Source: Hormiphora californensis (taxonomy: Eukaryota > Animalia > Ctenophora). Taken from it: 64,000 nucleotides of DNA. How positions within the stretch are numbered: position 1 is the first letter of the stretch; every line of letters starts with the position of its first letter. A program made the position numbers and the translations under genes. The DNA lies in contig CM035351.1 in assembly GCA_020137815.1 (NCBI GenBank), positions 7,130,001 through 7,194,000 of the forward strand, given 5' to 3'. This document shows, in pieces, positions 24,357-36,055 of the stretch. The notes under the pieces were generated by a model. The model saw nothing but the letters and a program-made list of their open reading frames with translations, had not been told where the DNA came from and made no database searches.

Positions 24357-25058
24357 TGATCAAAATAAAACAGCGAATTTCATATCAACTGAAGGGATTG
24401 AATCTAAAATATCACTGAAAATGTTAAACCAAAAATTGGGAAAAAAGCAGAAAGAAAACATCACTGACTAATTGGTACTAATTAGCGTTAATTATATGTA
24501 CCAGCATGCAATCTGTCTCAATTAGGACACATTTTGTAATCGAGGGGCACTTTTTTGACGAACAATCATGGATCACTTTTTCTCTTTCCGATAATATTTC
24601 AGTTTTAATTTTCATTAATAAGTTATATTTTACACGCATACTCAAAATGTTATTCTTGTATCAGAATTTCAAGCTACAAGATCAGAATTAGAAAAATATA
24701 TATATATTGTGTAGATCACTACAATTTGCATTGCCCGCGAAGCGGGCAAGCCCCGTAGGGGATCGCCCCGTGAGGGGATCGCCCTATGGGCGCGCGAACA
24801 TGGGGGGCGCGACGTGCCCAACAATTTGCAGTGCAAAGGTCACGGGACACAAGACGTTCACTATAGTTTTTAGTTTCACACAAATCATTCAGTGTTTCAA
24901 GTTTAATAATTATAAAGATGCTAACCCTAAAAACACAGTGTCTACCCCCCAACCTTTCCAATTCCAAACACTGACCATTCTGGCACGGCACAACATTCAG
25001 AGAGATTGGGAGGGGGAAACAAGGCAGTTCATGCGCTGTGTGGTAAAGTGTTTTAACG

Positions 25059-25988
25059 TCACGAGCTCCCTCTTGAAGAATCCAAAACTCCATGATCGCT
25101 GTACCTCCTGATCAGAGACAACACAAAGGAGAGAACTGAACTCATGTTGTTGGTGGCAGATTCCCCAGTAGGATCAATAAAATCAAGCCGGTACAGCTCT
25201 GCACTTCGTTTACCGTGCACCTCTCGGACATCCTCCGCGGTTAGCTGGGAGAAAAGAACAAAAACAAGGTCGGGTTTGTGGTTGGTTTTGGGATCACGGA
25301 TTACAGCCAGCAGGCGCATCTCTGAGGTGGGATAGGGGGTCAGGATACCTAGACATTCCTTTAGAGCCCTGAAAGTGCACCGGACCATCTCGGTCCCAAC
25401 TTGTTCCTCTTTGGAAGGGTTCAGATCCTTTATTTCAGCTACCCCGGCCTCCCCTGGGTCCGGGTTACCCTGGGGCAGGGACCATGGACCCTCCTCGACC
25501 CCCTGATCCCGGTACGGAACCTCCTGAACAACTGGGATGAGGCCATCCGAGGTGAGGAAGATAACGTGGCATGATAGGGTATCTGCTAGGAACACTCTCG
25601 GTCTCCGGTGTACCTCATACCCTAGGTATGCTAGTTCGGAGGATAGGTGAGACAGTTCTCCGGTCACACTACCCTCTCGGGCACTGGCAAGGCCTAGTTT
25701 GAGGGTCAGGGAGCTAGGTGAGAGGAGGAGAGTGGTGTCTTCAGGGCATACACAGGAATACCCATACCGGCATCTAAAGTCCTCACAGTCTGTGTACCGG
25801 GGTGCCACACTGTGAAGTCTAAACAGGGATGAATTAAAGATCCGACCTTGTTCCTGGTTCAACTCTCTCCACCGCTCCTCGATCAGTCCTTCATAGAGGG
25901 AGCTCATGACTTGTCTGCAGTAACTGGAACTAAGCTTGGGTGACAGTTGGTCGGCTGGTAGAGAGGGACACAACAGCAGGCTCTTCAT
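25059..25988 (-). CDS. Divergent NUDT22-like Nudix-fold protein (309 aa) with a degenerate Nudix box
   Basis: IFNSSLFRLHS, LKLGLAS, FLADTLSCHVIFLTSDG, WSLPQGNPDP and RALKECLGI align with NUDT22 and with the neighbouring paralog. Confidence 0.75.
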   Translation of the reverse strand: MKSLLLCPSLPADQLSPKLSSSYCRQVMSSLYEGLIEERWRELNQEQGRIFNSSLFRLHSVAPRYTDCEDFRCRYGYSCVCPEDTTLLLSPSSLTLKLGLASAREGSVTGELSHLSSELAYLGYEVHRRPRVFLADTLSCHVIFLTSDGLIPVVQEVPYRDQGVEEGPWSLPQGNPDPGEAGVAEIKDLNPSKEEQVGTEMVRCTFRALKECLGILTPYPTSEMRLLAVIRDPKTNHKPDLVFVLFSQLTAEDVREVHGKRSAELYRLDFIDPTGESATNNMSSVLSFVLSLIRRYSDHGVLDSSRGSS

Positions 25989-26117
25989 TGTTTATACCGC
26001 CTGCAGGAAGGGATGGGTTTAGTGGTCATGTGGGTAGTGGTTAACATATGCAAAATTGGAAAAGTGTGTTCGGCAAGTAGGGGTGGAGCAAACAACAGAA
26101 ACAAGAAAATATAGGAC

Positions 26118-26167
26118 TGAGAGAGAGAGAGAGCGAGACAGTGAGGGAGAGAGAGAGAGGGAGACAG

Positions 26168-26252
<85 letters not shown>

Positions 26253-26260
26253 GTGAGAGA
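26118..26260. repeat. (GA)n microsatellite
   Basis: Directly visible. Confidence 0.9.
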
Positions 26261-26666
26261 GAAAGAAACAAGTATTTAACACACAGACATACGATGCACA
26301 ACAAAGACAAAGACAGGAAACGCACTAAAAACTTGCACACTCTCACAAACAGTAACTCGTGAGAGATCCGGTGTTGTTTCGAACAGTCTCAGAGAAACAA
26401 CCAGCTTTATTTAAAAAGAAAGGAAATGGTCTCAAAAATAGATACATGTTCCAATTTAAAAATTTCAATCAGCCAGCCACGACCTACAGAGCAAGTCGAG
26501 TTATTAAATGGAGATAAAGAGAGGATGAAAAGAAGGGTATACCGCGGAGAAATGAGGTTTGACGTAGACCATCTGGTTTGTGTAAAAAAACAGAGGACTT
26601 TAACTAACACACACGATATTACATTGAGGGAGAATGTGAGAGAGAATGTGAGAGAGAATGTGAGAC

Positions 26667-26668
<2 letters not shown>

Positions 26669-26757
<89 letters not shown>

Positions 26758-26786
26758 GGGAGAGAGAGGGAGAGAGAGAGAGGGAG
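26669..26786. repeat. (GA)n microsatellite
   Basis: Directly visible. Confidence 0.9.
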
Positions 26787-27152
26787 ATGGCATACGCCAC
26801 AACACAGAGGGTCGCCAATGTTGCATGCATACTTAATAGTGACACTAAGATGCTTTTCTCTCTCTCCCTTGGCCTCCTACACAAGCAAAGTTCCTCTTAA
26901 TGTACGTTGTTATAGAGGGAGAGAGGGAGAGGAAGGGAGAGAGGGAGAGACCCTCACACTTTTTTATTGTTCAATACAATTTATCTCCCTCCCTGGGCCT
27001 CTCTTTTTCATTCATTGTCCAATGTCCTCTCTTTAATGGGAGTCTGTACCTTCCCCTCTCTCACTCTAACTCTCTCCATCTCTCTCTCTCTCACTCTATG
27101 TGAGAGAGTCGGAGCCTATTGCTGCAGCTGATGCATTATAACACCTTCATTA

Positions 27153-28130
27153 CTAAAGAGTCTGAAAAAGTCTATGGTTGTAGCCAAGTGTTGACTTTAA
27201 ACCCTCCATTAGAGATTTGGTACATTCCAACAACAGTTCCATCGGTACCCCAACCATCTCCCTCTCACCCCCCTCTTTGAAGCGATGCAGGGGCAATGTC
27301 TCCCCACTCCTCTCACCTCCACGGCACAAATCATCCAACGTTACAAATGCTATCTCATCAGATTCCCAATCCTCGAAACCTTCAGCGGTGTACCTAGCAG
27401 CAACTTGTTGTGCGCTCAGCGGGGTACGGAGTATGAAATTAAATTCAGGTTTTAGGGCCACATTTTTATCCCGGGTTATACCCAATAACCTGATCTCCCC
27501 CAGATTCTCCTCCAGCAGATTCAACTCCTCTCTCAGCTCCCGGCCAAGACTATCAAATATCTCATCCCTGATTTTATCACTCTCCACCTCCGACATCCCT
27601 TCCTTGATCCCTATCTCGGATGGTTCAGGGTGTCCCCCCGGGAAGTGCCACATTCCACCGGCATCAACAGCAGCGGATCTTAATTGAATGACAACTAGAT
27701 CATCACTAGTTACCAACACAGCACTGTGGCCTATAACATGTGCTATACACGCATCTCGGTCTCCAAACAGCCTCTCTCCTGCCCTCTGGAATTCCTCCTG
27801 TAGGTCACTATTCACAGTCACTGTGTGGTCCCGATAGTTCGTCATACCGGTCTTTACCGTTATTCCTGATCCCTCTCCCAGGACAAGGGAGAGGTTTTCA
27901 CTACATTTCCTAATCTGGACCCCATCTGCAGTATTGGGAGATATGCCAGCACATCTGAACTTGGTTCCATTAAAAAGGGCTGGATTGGCAGTACACCGGG
28001 CACCCCAGATCTCATCACCATCTCGCTCCAGATCAGGGGTTGCCTTCCTCCTGTTGAAGTTGGGTCGGTGACATACCCGGACTTGCTCCCGGCAGAGAGG
28101 TTGAGGGAAAAAGAGATTCCTGGCTGACAT
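27153..28130 (-). CDS. NUDT22: NUDT22-like Nudix hydrolase (UDP-glucose/galactose pyrophosphatase family), 325 aa
   Basis: LFNGTKFR, GMTNYRD, VTSDDLVV, FPGGHPEP, EIFDSLGRELREELNL and WESDEIAF match NUDT22 family motifs. Confidence 0.85.
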   Translation of the reverse strand: MSARNLFFPQPLCREQVRVCHRPNFNRRKATPDLERDGDEIWGARCTANPALFNGTKFRCAGISPNTADGVQIRKCSENLSLVLGEGSGITVKTGMTNYRDHTVTVNSDLQEEFQRAGERLFGDRDACIAHVIGHSAVLVTSDDLVVIQLRSAAVDAGGMWHFPGGHPEPSEIGIKEGMSEVESDKIRDEIFDSLGRELREELNLLEENLGEIRLLGITRDKNVALKPEFNFILRTPLSAQQVAARYTAEGFEDWESDEIAFVTLDDLCRGGERSGETLPLHRFKEGGEREMVGVPMELLLECTKSLMEGLKSTLGYNHRLFQTL

Positions 28131-29741
28131 CTACAATCCTAAAGAGAGGAAGATTTTCTGTAATATATGTAGTACGGTGCAGTATTTTCTTCGTGGGTGA
28201 CTTGAGGGGGGATGATGGAATATATTTTCAAGTGGGAGTATTCGCCGTAAATCATTAAATGGTTTACTTTTAGTTGGGATTTATTTCCCCATATAAAGAC
28301 AATTCAATAAATAGGAAGAGAGCTTTGAACACTAAGCGGGAATATGAAAGCATTGCCTAATTTCGATAAACTTTTTATGAACTTTTTGTCAAAAATTTAA
28401 AAAAAGGCCAGCTTTTTAATAATATCATGCGACGAACCCCCTACCCTGTCAAAAGATGACACTGACAGCTTTGTTGCTAAATAATATAGGGGGAGCATGC
28501 TCGAGCATTGACAAACATCATTCAATATTTCAAAAACCTGACAAAAACAAAAAACACCACATTCCAAGAAAGTTGATTAATAGAGAGTGCAGTCACATGA
28601 ATGCTACAGTAACTGTTTTTACCTGTCTTATTAGTTGAAGCAGGAAGCTGAAGCTGTCTATTATAGTTGTTAATATATAGCAAAGGAGAGAGAGAGGGAG
28701 GGAGATATAAAGATATAGAGTTGGCCTGGGTGTGTCAGCTGGTCAAGATAATATTAGGAGGGGGATTAGGGAGGTAGGGGGCCCTGTCGACGTGCCAACA
28801 TGAAAACAAGGAAGATGCTGCAAATGATGCCAGAAACATATATCCAAAGTGAAGGAAAATATGGCCGTAGGAAAATTGAACAGATGGGAACCCTTTCTCC
28901 TATCAATTTGGTATTACCTTGACATGTTCCCAGTCTGTCGGCTCCCACACCGGGCCGAAGGCCCGGTGTGAGCTTACGCGAGGCCGAGCGAGGCCGAATG
29001 GACAGACTGCGTAGCATGACAAGTATTACCGTAATCTACTTTTACCTTTCGCCCACAGCTTTTGCCCCACCCCATGCTTGTATGCGTTCCCACGCCCTAC
29101 TGTTTTCCATCATAGACGTGTTAGAGGACATCTAACAGCCCCGGCATGAGACATTTTATTATTAGCACGTGATAACAAGCATACATTAAATGAATCATGT
29201 CTATTAGTAATGCCTAAGGACACCGTATCATTTATAAGATACATTTGGAGATCGATATAACGTACTTTTCACGGTATATCGAGGACTGATATATAGGGGT
29301 CGTACTATTATACTGCTGAATGATAAACTGATACGTGATAAGATTGATAACCTTCTTGACCATGTATGTACTTTTAGTATCAGTTTTATGTTTCAAACTG
29401 ACTACCAATACCACGATCTCCATATGTCTGTACAGGACTTCTTGGCAATCTCTCTTGTTTTGTTAATAACTTCCGGCATGTATTGCAGACTGCAATTGCG
29501 GTTACTGTTATCTAAATGGCCGGGAGGAGTCAATTCCATGAATCCCTGCCAAGAAGGGAGAAAATGAGCCGCGCACTAAAAATAGACATGAAGCACTGGT
29601 CTGAAGCTGCGCGCTCGCGCCCAATAGCTGTGCTTTCATTACCTCTCACAAGGACAAAACTAGCAATAGCCAATATCACACACAACACTACACACGACAA
29701 AATCAACACTTCAGTTCTCGGAACGTTGCAGGGGTTCTTTA

Positions 29742-30308
29742 TCAAGATAGAGGTGGCATGATAGGAGTAGATCTCCGAGTAGATGTACCTGATCTACACA
29801 GCTTACCAAGACAGATGCGATTGAATGATACGTGTATCACAGAGAGACTAGATGGATAAAGATCGAGAGGGGGAGAGAGAAAGAGAGGGTGAAGTTGGGG
29901 ACGGGATAAGATATATAAAAAGTAATAGTATAAACTGTATAAAATATTATGTTCCACACTTACTATTTGATGTAGATGCTGAACTTTGTAAACTGAAACA
30001 GAGATATTACATTAGATCATTACACACAGTGTGTAATAGCTCTCTCTATATATTGAGTTGTTTCTATTGAGCTCTCACAACTACTGTACATTGAACCCTA
30101 TCTGAACTCTATCCAAATACCAACTCTCTCTCTCTCTTTTCTCTCTCATTCCATCCCTATTATACCTGCTACTATTTGTGGACAGATCATTGCCGGTGGC
30201 TGCTGGCCGACATTCTGTAGATCCACTACGACAATCTGCGGGGGATGTAATGTGATAGAGAGAAATTGGCAGAAATCCTTGTAATAAACAGGGCATTGAG
30301 CGACGAAT

Positions 30309-30364
<56 letters not shown>

Positions 30365-32830
30365 CATCTCTCTTCCGTAGAAGGTAAATTATTATTTCAC
30401 TCCCCTAATAATGTTTCCAATAATATGGATGATCTTATTCATCTTTGCTCTACCGAACCCTCACAGAGCACGAAATAAAATGCAGTCTAAACTACACAAG
30501 TTGATATGTGTGTGTAGCCCCGATAATACTCACCACTAAGAACGTTATATTTGCACAGTGGACATGTCCCATGAGATATGAGCCAGGGTGTTATGCACAA
30601 GTCATCGTACTCGTGTCCACATTGCAATGTCTTTACTCGCTGAGAGAGGAGGAGGAAGTGGGTAGCGAGATATGGGTAAACAAATAATATTTTATGGAGG
30701 GGTGTGAGCTAACACAATATTTATTGTTTAGGAGCACAACATTCTAGTAATGTGATACACAATGAAGACAAAGGAATCACAACACGTGATATACCCCTGA
30801 CGTCACCCTGTGTGGTTGTATATAGTTGTCATGAGGTTTCTACTGTGTGTTCTAGATGTGTTTCTAATGTTGCTATAGCAACCATAATGGCAGGAAATTC
30901 ATAAACATTTCACAGCAAATCACATGACTCTATATGACTCAGATGTGACTGTGTATGTGAGTTACACTGACCGCGGGATGAGTAGCATCCTCCAGGCATA
31001 TGATACACTCTATAGTCTCTCCAGGTGAAATAGTTCGGACTGGTAGAGCCGCTATCTTTTGTTTAGCTTTTCTCTCCTTCACGCTCCTCTCTGCTCGCTC
31101 TCTGATCACGAAAATACTCCTCCTGGCCCTGACCTGAAGAGAAACATGAGGGTTGTAATATGTAGATGTCAATAGTAATACTTAGTTCGAAGGGGGCTGA
31201 GGGGGACAGATAGATAGTAAAGGAATATAAAAATGAGGATAACAAATGGGCGGATAAAAGTGGGTGGGGGCGGTTAGTGCACGATCAATTACCACAACAT
31301 CAGTGTTAGAGGGGTGACGTCTTACCGCAACAGAATTCGATAGGGTAGGGGAGCGCCTTACCCTCATTGCCAGAATGAAACAGGCTGATGCGAATACCAG
31401 GAACAATACACCCAACTTTAGAAAGTGTTCTCGTTTCTGAGGGGGGGGGGTTGAATTAAATCAGGTTATATATCAGGAACTTAGTGGGTCATAGATAATA
31501 GCCATGACACGTGTGGCTATTATCTATGTGCACACCGATGTAATTATGTAACACCATGTAAAACTCCCACCTACTCTAACTTGCATCCCAACACCTACCC
31601 TAAGATATGCTGAGTAGGGGGTGATGGTAGCGCTGGTAAGGAGGCCCCTACTGTTGTATAGATAGGCGTCATAAGCATGGGTATAATCAATTGCTACTAT
31701 CGTCACTTTCTCCTTCAAATCGTTATGCTAAATGGGGGCGGGAGCATGTCAAAAAATAATAATAAATGATAATAATAGCATGTATTGTATTGTGCTGTAA
31801 GAACAATACAAGTATTGTATAGTATGTTAGGGGGCAAGATAACATCGAATATGTCTCACCAGAAGGACCGTATCAGATGATTCCTCACTACCAAGTAGAA
31901 TAATGTCTGAAAACTGGGCTATCTTACCAACCTGGGAGAGAGATGGAGGGGGTTAGTCATTGTAGGGGGCAGGTTACGTAATTATCCCGGTAATTTCCTG
32001 TCAGTTGCTCTTTGCAAGGCTCCCTAATTATACGTCAGCAGGACGCAATATGAACCGGGGGAATACAGTGCATAATAATAACATTTCTGGACAATTGCTA
32101 TTACGTCACTGTTCTTCATGAACTTGTTATCACTGTACTCTTCCAACCAGGAAGGCATACTAACATTATGTGGTCATGTAATGACTAAATAAATACCCAT
32201 CATGCCCATATAATCAGGGATAAATGCAGGACACGGGCCAAGTGACCATGGTTATAATACTAAGCTCTTGCAACTTACTACGTTTCCTGAAGATATAATA
32301 AACCTACCGATCACCCTCACATTCCAAGATGGATTGGTGTTATTGGATAACACATTGTTGTGTAACTCACCACGGAGTCTCTCTGTGCATCAGTTGCTTC
32401 TTTATCCATCACCACGAGGGGCACACAGTCAGTTACTTGGCATGTTCCTATTAGCACTTTCAGTTCATTCTCAGAAGATGCTGGCACTCTGATGCTCTTT
32501 AGTTTCCCTGTCATGTGTTCTGGGCCCTCATTCAGCAGTCTCACACCGTGAAACCTGCAGGATAGATCATAGATTTGGTTAAGAAGTAACCCCTCTCGCG
32601 ACCTTTGCGCGCTGGCAAGGGAGGGTAACTTCGTAACCAAGGATAGATATATGTGGTGTGTACGATCTGTATTTTTACTCTCCTTCCTGATACGAACAAC
32701 ATGCAACGTTTTCAGTGTACAGTTTTATTAGATGGTGTGTATTGTACATTATTATTTGCCATGACAGCAATTATTTTGCTTGCACATTGCCTCTCTCTCT
32801 CTCTCTCCCTCTCTCTCTCTCTCCCTCTCC

Positions 32831-32916
<86 letters not shown>

Positions 32917-33449
32917 TTCTCTGCCAGTATTGTTACTGGTACAAAGTTGGCACTTGCCAGTATAAACTTAGATCACTATTGATTTATTGGACAACAAAGG
33001 CAATAAAACATTGTACGTGTGTGAAGTACATTTCACATTTTAATGTACAATGTATTCAATTGTGATTTGTGTGCGTCGTGTCATGTGTGTGTCATGTGCG
33101 TGTATTATGTCTAGGCGACTGGCGGCAGTTGAGTTTGGCACAGGGTGGCACACGCACTCGTATAGGAAATATAAGTGTGTGTTAACGGTCGTAATATTAA
33201 ATTATAGACGGAAAGAGAAGGAAAGGAGAGAAACGAGAAGGAAAGGAAGAAAAAGAATAAAAATGGAGAAAAAGAGAGATGAGTAAAATGAAAGGGATAT
33301 AATATTTTATGCATGTAAATGGATCATAGTAGGCACAGAGACGCGTGTAGGCCCACACTATATTAGCTGTGTGCCACGCACACTCACTCACTCACAGTGA
33401 TAAAGAAAGAGGTTAGGACAACAATTTTACATAGTACTGTGATACACAT
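29742..33449 (-). CDS. Transmembrane RING-finger E3 ligase (RNF13/Goliath-like architecture), multi-exon; both ends tentative
   Basis: Phase-compatible exons at about 32321-32553, 31860-31931, 31599-31727, 31342-31437 (TM: LGVLFLVFASACFILA), 30972-31133 (CIICLE), 30534-30639 (CGHEYDDLCITPWL...TCPLCK) and 30166-30235. A possible signal-peptide exon ends at an ATG at 33449. Confidence 0.65.
32791..32913. repeat. (CT)n microsatellite
   Basis: Directly visible. Confidence 0.9.
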
Positions 33450-35272
33450 AATTATTATGAATGAGATCTGAAAAGGATTAAACATTTACATCTAGTAACT
33501 AATGAAAACGATTGTAATATGTACATACCAGCATATATATGTAGTATGTAGTAAAATTACTTACATCATTATTTGGCTATTATCAGTATCAAATAACATC
33601 ACATCCACTAGATCCCCAAGACATACGGCTACCACACTGGCCCACAGTAACATCCACCGACCCATGACACCCTGCATCACGAGCTATACATAGATGTGTG
33701 GTGTTTAGTTTGATGAATTGTTATTTACTATTCCAGAAATATGATGCTATTTTATAATCATCACTTTTGGCTCGTTAAGATGCGTTTCTTCCGGCTACTT
33801 GGCTTTACTAACTGCACCGTAGTAAGTAGTACATACTTAAGCGGCTCTGTTCTGGCAAATATAGAATGAGATAAGAGTCTCGGATGTCAATATGATAACT
33901 GTCTTGAGGCACTGAACAAAGAATTCGATTTTAAAAATATAGATAAGTATTTGTGCATTTTAAAAGTGACAAGCTTGACACTGAGACTGTTCCACAGAGA
34001 AAAACGCTTCAATTTATCGTATGACAATGGTTATACCCTACAAGGGTGGACGTAGCAAATTAGACATTTCTTTCATAGTGTCTTTTGTTGGTCAAGATAT
34101 GATACGATGTTATCAAGATTCAAGAAGATATATTTATCTGGGGCAAAAAAGCATGCTTCCCGATGCTTCACATTTATTTACTCTATGGTACAAACAAATA
34201 GGTTGACCAAAATTTCACAATTTTAGCTCAAAGTTCATTTCATGACTTGAATGAACTTTTATTTGTCTTATCTCTCAACTCGAACCATTCCAAAAGTGAT
34301 CCAAATGGTTGGTTGGTGATACTAAGCCGACGTTCTACCAAGCTCTTTGAGCGGTGTGACGCGGTGACTCCCAAACTGATTATCCCAATGGTGTTGGCTA
34401 TCGATTTTCTTCAAAATGCAAAGTTAGGAAAAACCAAAACGGACAACCAAAAGGCACACAGTAATCACATTTCTGACAGTTAGTCAGGCCATGTGATTCC
34501 CACCGAATCATGGACTATTCTGAATTGCTATTTAGGCTTTAAGCGGTTGAGAATCACGTATCACAGCCGCAAATGAGGAATGACGATGATGATTGGCCAT
34601 GATATCCAAAGCTCAATGACAAGTGGCCTCTTTACCAAAGTGCTCTCGAATCACATGTCGCTTTTTCGATACGCATCCCTCAGGCCTCATTAGCGACTGT
34701 GATACGTGATTTTCCCCACTAAGCCACACCCGCTTCGATTTAGAAATGAACTCAGAATGATTGATGCACCAAGAGGCAAGATAATTTTGAAAAATGTCAG
34801 AGTCGTGAACTCGGCCATATACATGTTGGTTGTGGCAGTCATTTTGACGTGTGGACCAAACTTTAGCAAAATGATTGAGTCCATTTTTTCAACTGTTCAC
34901 TCCTCTGGTTTTCGGAACGTTTTCTATATTTATAATTTCGGGTTCCTAATAAGACTTCTTCTCGGATGCATATTGCATTTGAAACTCTCTCTTTTATCAG
35001 GAACCTGAGAAACTCTTCCCCCTACACCCCGCCGGGGCTCCAACCCTGGTCGCCTTTGTGGGGGCTCCACCCCTACCCCCCGGCCCCCTCTGCTGGACCC
35101 TCAACCCTGGACACACATAGGCGGACGCGGCTGCAACTTGCCTGCAAGCCGCACACCGCCCCAGGCCGAAAGCTAAATCGCCCTACTAAGAAATAAGCTA
35201 ACGCCTACCTTATATTCTATTACATAAACTTACTACGGTGGCTTGAAATGGCGAAACCGGGAGCCGAAAAAA

Positions 35273-35426
35273 AATGAGGCCCCTCGGAAATGTTCAAGTC
35301 ATGCACAATCAAGTCACGCCCACCAATCACAGCGCAGAACGCGTGAAGCACTCCGCGCGTTCTGAGCTGTGATTGGTGGGCGTGACTTGATTGTATATGA
35401 CTTGAACATTTCCGAGGGGCCTCATT
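35273..35426. mobile_element. Short foldback/MITE-like palindrome
   Basis: About 70 bp arms, AATGAGGCCCCTCGGAAATGTTCAAGTCAT...CAGAACGCG and its near-perfect reverse complement, around a ~12 bp spacer. Confidence 0.7.
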
Positions 35427-36055
35427 AAATTCCGGAAACGAGTTTATTTTGTGCACGTGAAGATTTTTAAAATTTTAAAATAAAATGCAAGATACAACGC
35501 GCGCGCCGCGCTTTGACAATTAGCAGCGCTAAATTTTTGAAACAGCGCGTAACTACAATATAAAAATTTAAAAAGTCCACCTGTCTCAATTAAATCTGGC
35601 GGCACCGAACTGATCTGAACGTACTGTAGCGAGAATCAAAACGGGGTCTGGCGCCGCCTGACACTGACAAGTGGCAGAAGTCCACAGGAGGAGCGCGAAC
35701 CGGACTCGGAACTGGAACACAGAGGTCAGAGGGGCACGTGCTGTCAGAAACGAGAATGGGTCAGGCCAATGCTCTGACAGGGCACGTGAGAAAAAATGAA
35801 ACTAAACTCTTAATTTAATTAAAAAGATGTGGTCCTAAATCCGGACAATAACTTTATACACAAACTTTGTACATATTTCTATTACAGAGAGGGGTTCAAA
35901 ACAAAAAACGCGACAATTCGCCCAAAGATTGCTCCCACTTTCCCTGACTAACACCATGATGTACAGCGGTTACAACGACATTAGTCAAGCAATCCTTGGA
36001 CAAATCCTCGCAAATGAAAATGTTGACTGACGTAAAAAAGAACAGTTTATTAGAG

